DNA from: Ginglymostoma cirratum
Taxonomy: Eukaryota
Direction of reading: 5' to 3'
NCBI GenBank assembly: GCA_024137785.1
Contig: JAHRHZ010000144.1
Location: 73,486,391 to 73,550,390 of the forward strand
DNA length: 64,000 nt
Below are positions 62,085-64,000 of the stretch, piece after piece. The notes under the pieces are model-generated. The model had not been told where the DNA came from. It made no database searches and saw nothing but the letters and a program-made list of their open reading frames with translations. The first letter of the stretch is position 1. Each line of letters begins with the position of its first letter. A program made the translations under genes and the position numbers.

Positions 62085-62350
62085 ATTATGGTGGCCCATT
62101 TATCTGTTCAGGTAGGCATTCCATGGTACTATTTATATAAAGTAGGAAGTTATCTCAGTGTTCTGGTCAACCAGAAACAACAGAACCAGAAAGCAGATTA
62201 TCTTTTCATCCATCTCATTGCTGTCTGTGGGACTCTGGTGTGTGTAAAACTGCTGTTGCAGTTACTACTAGAACAACAGTGTAATTGTTGTATGTGAAGC
62301 ATTTTGTGATACTTCCGAGAGATCTGTTTCCATAGTGTACTGCTATGTCT
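62085..62350 (+). mobile_element. Deu-domain SINE (SacSINE1/AmnSINE1-like)
   Basis: ccatggtactattt...cagattatc...cattgctgtctgtggga. Confidence 0.65.
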
Positions 62351-62858
62351 TACAAAGTTCAACTTCACTGAATTATATCTTACTCAAAATAGCTAATGAC
62401 AAAACCAAGATGTGTATTTAATTTAACCTCAATGCATTAAATCTAGCAATATACATTTAGTAACAAATAGGAGGCCAGATGTAGATGTACCATTGCAAAG
62501 CAATTGCTGAAGTCCAGCTTCAACTATAGTTGGAAAATTAATGCTACCACATGAAACTGTCTAACAACAACACAAAAAAGGGGCGACCTTGGGCAGCCCC
62601 AGAACAATGCTTGATTAACCTGCGCTAGTTAACTGCAATATAAGCAGCCCAGTAATCTCAAGCTGCCTATTGTTCGAATGACCTCTGTGCCTGGGCCAAT
62701 TACTAACCATGACTGCTGTATCAGTGGGCCAATATCACGAGTGGTTAGAATCAATTAAAGTTAGCCTACATCTCTTAAAGTGGAGGTGCATTGTGACTGA
62801 AAGCAGGTGCTGAGTTGTGACCTGGCAAAGGGTGAGACAGAGGACAGCAAAGTGTCTA

Positions 62859-63440
62859 AGGTTTTCAAATGCTGCTCTGGAGGGTGTGGAAAGGAGGAGA
62901 AATGTATTGAATCTATAGGGAGGTGGGGGAAAGGAAGCCTTCCAGATTCACAATCAAAAGGCAGTGAGAGTAAATAACCATGAAGTTCAATGCCAGGAAT
63001 CAAATCCCCCCCCAGGACCTGGATGCAGTGTTGCAAGAAATTTAATGACCTCTCACATGTAGGCAAGGTCAGTGAATGCATCTTCAGTTTTCCTATCCTA
63101 CAAGCTACAACTGGAGCCACAGCTAATGCTCAAATCATCATGCACACTGTGCTCATTTACCAACAACCTCTCTCAATAATTTCTCCTACCGAATATTCTT
63201 GGGCTTCCCTTCACCTTTACACACAAATCTCACATGCACATCTATAGGTTGTACAACAATGCCAATCACTCATCCATCACAGCAACATTAGATAAACAAA
63301 TTACGCAACACTCAATGACACACTCCCCTCCCACATATGACAAGTGATGTACAACCAGAGGCAGCAGCAGATTACTGAAAGTAGGTAGGTGAGTCTTCAT
63401 TTCCTAAGCCTCATCTGTAGGAAAAGGTCAGGTTGGTTGT
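62859..63440 (+). pseudogene. Decayed PIF/Harbinger-type Myb/SANT-like gene (two exon relics); the element probably spans about 62570 to the window end
   Basis: RFSNAALEGVERRRNVL from 62859. RTWMQCCKKFNDLSHVGK|gtcagt with donor after 63067. A second exon relic DK-MYNQRQQQ from about 63339. Confidence 0.65.
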
Positions 63441-64000
63441 ATTGGAACAGCCATTGCTGTGGGGGTGAATCCATCAAAGATGATGGAATCCCCCGGTTTC
63501 ACCCGCCTTCTTGCATCCTAATGCAACACTCACTAATTGATAATGGTGAAAATATGCACCTCTTACTTTCACCACTCTCTCCACACCACAATCTTAACTG
63601 TATGTCCTTCTGACTTCCAATGCTTAAAAGGTCCTGCATGGACATGCAGTGGAAGAACACTAAGAGAATGGTGATAAACATATTTAACAGTAACACTGGC
63701 TATTATACTCGCAGTCACCAGCTCAGAGAGTGACGCCGTACATAACCTTTAAGGATAGATTAGAGGTGGGATCTGCACTTGGTGATCTGCTGGGCATGAG
63801 TGGCTTGCAGCCAGAGCAGGAACAAAAGATAATGCAGGTGCCATCTCCTTGACATGGAGAGGGCTTAAATGAAGATAGTGATAAGGTAAGTACAGAAGGA
63901 GGTTGATGGATATACACAACTGTACAAGATGCTTGGTATGTTTAGAAGAATTTTTCTGGCAAAGTCAAGGAACATGGAAGAATCCAGCACGGTGGCAAAG

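Larger units (their letters stand above)
9250..64000 (-). other. ZEB2: Large upstream intron of ZEB2 (intron 2 equivalent), partial
   Basis: I found no exon encoding the ZEB2 start (M...PRCKRRKQANPRRKN) in the window. This intron is very large in other vertebrates. Confidence 0.8.

Overview
This window is vertebrate genomic DNA: AT-rich, CpG-depleted and with no bacterial-style gene density. The repeat landscape (CR1/L2 LINEs, Deu-domain SINEs, tRNA-SINEs, Penelope-like fragments) points to a cartilaginous fish (shark). That assignment is an inference. The only convincing host coding sequence is one 258-nt minus-strand exon (8992-9249, AG/GT, phase 1-1) of ZEB2 (SIP1/ZFHX1B), equivalent to human coding exon 3. 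The rest reads as ZEB2 intron: more than 54 kb of the large upstream intron (9250-64000) and about 9 kb of the downstream intron. It contains decayed retroelements, two decayed PIF/Harbinger-type Myb/SANT genes, repeat-free motif-dense blocks that are candidate conserved enhancers, and a 140-N assembly gap. Nearly all other ORFs in the track are spurious or LINE-derived. I cannot demonstrate a new biological system. The best leads are Penelope-derived hairpins and minimal hammerhead-ribozyme relics in the ZEB2 sense strand, a CR1 fold-back joined at a homologous position, an exact 42-bp templated copy, a decayed 21-22-bp minisatellite and several enhancer-like motif grammars. Repeat family names come from recognition by eye, and repeat boundaries are approximate unless stated.
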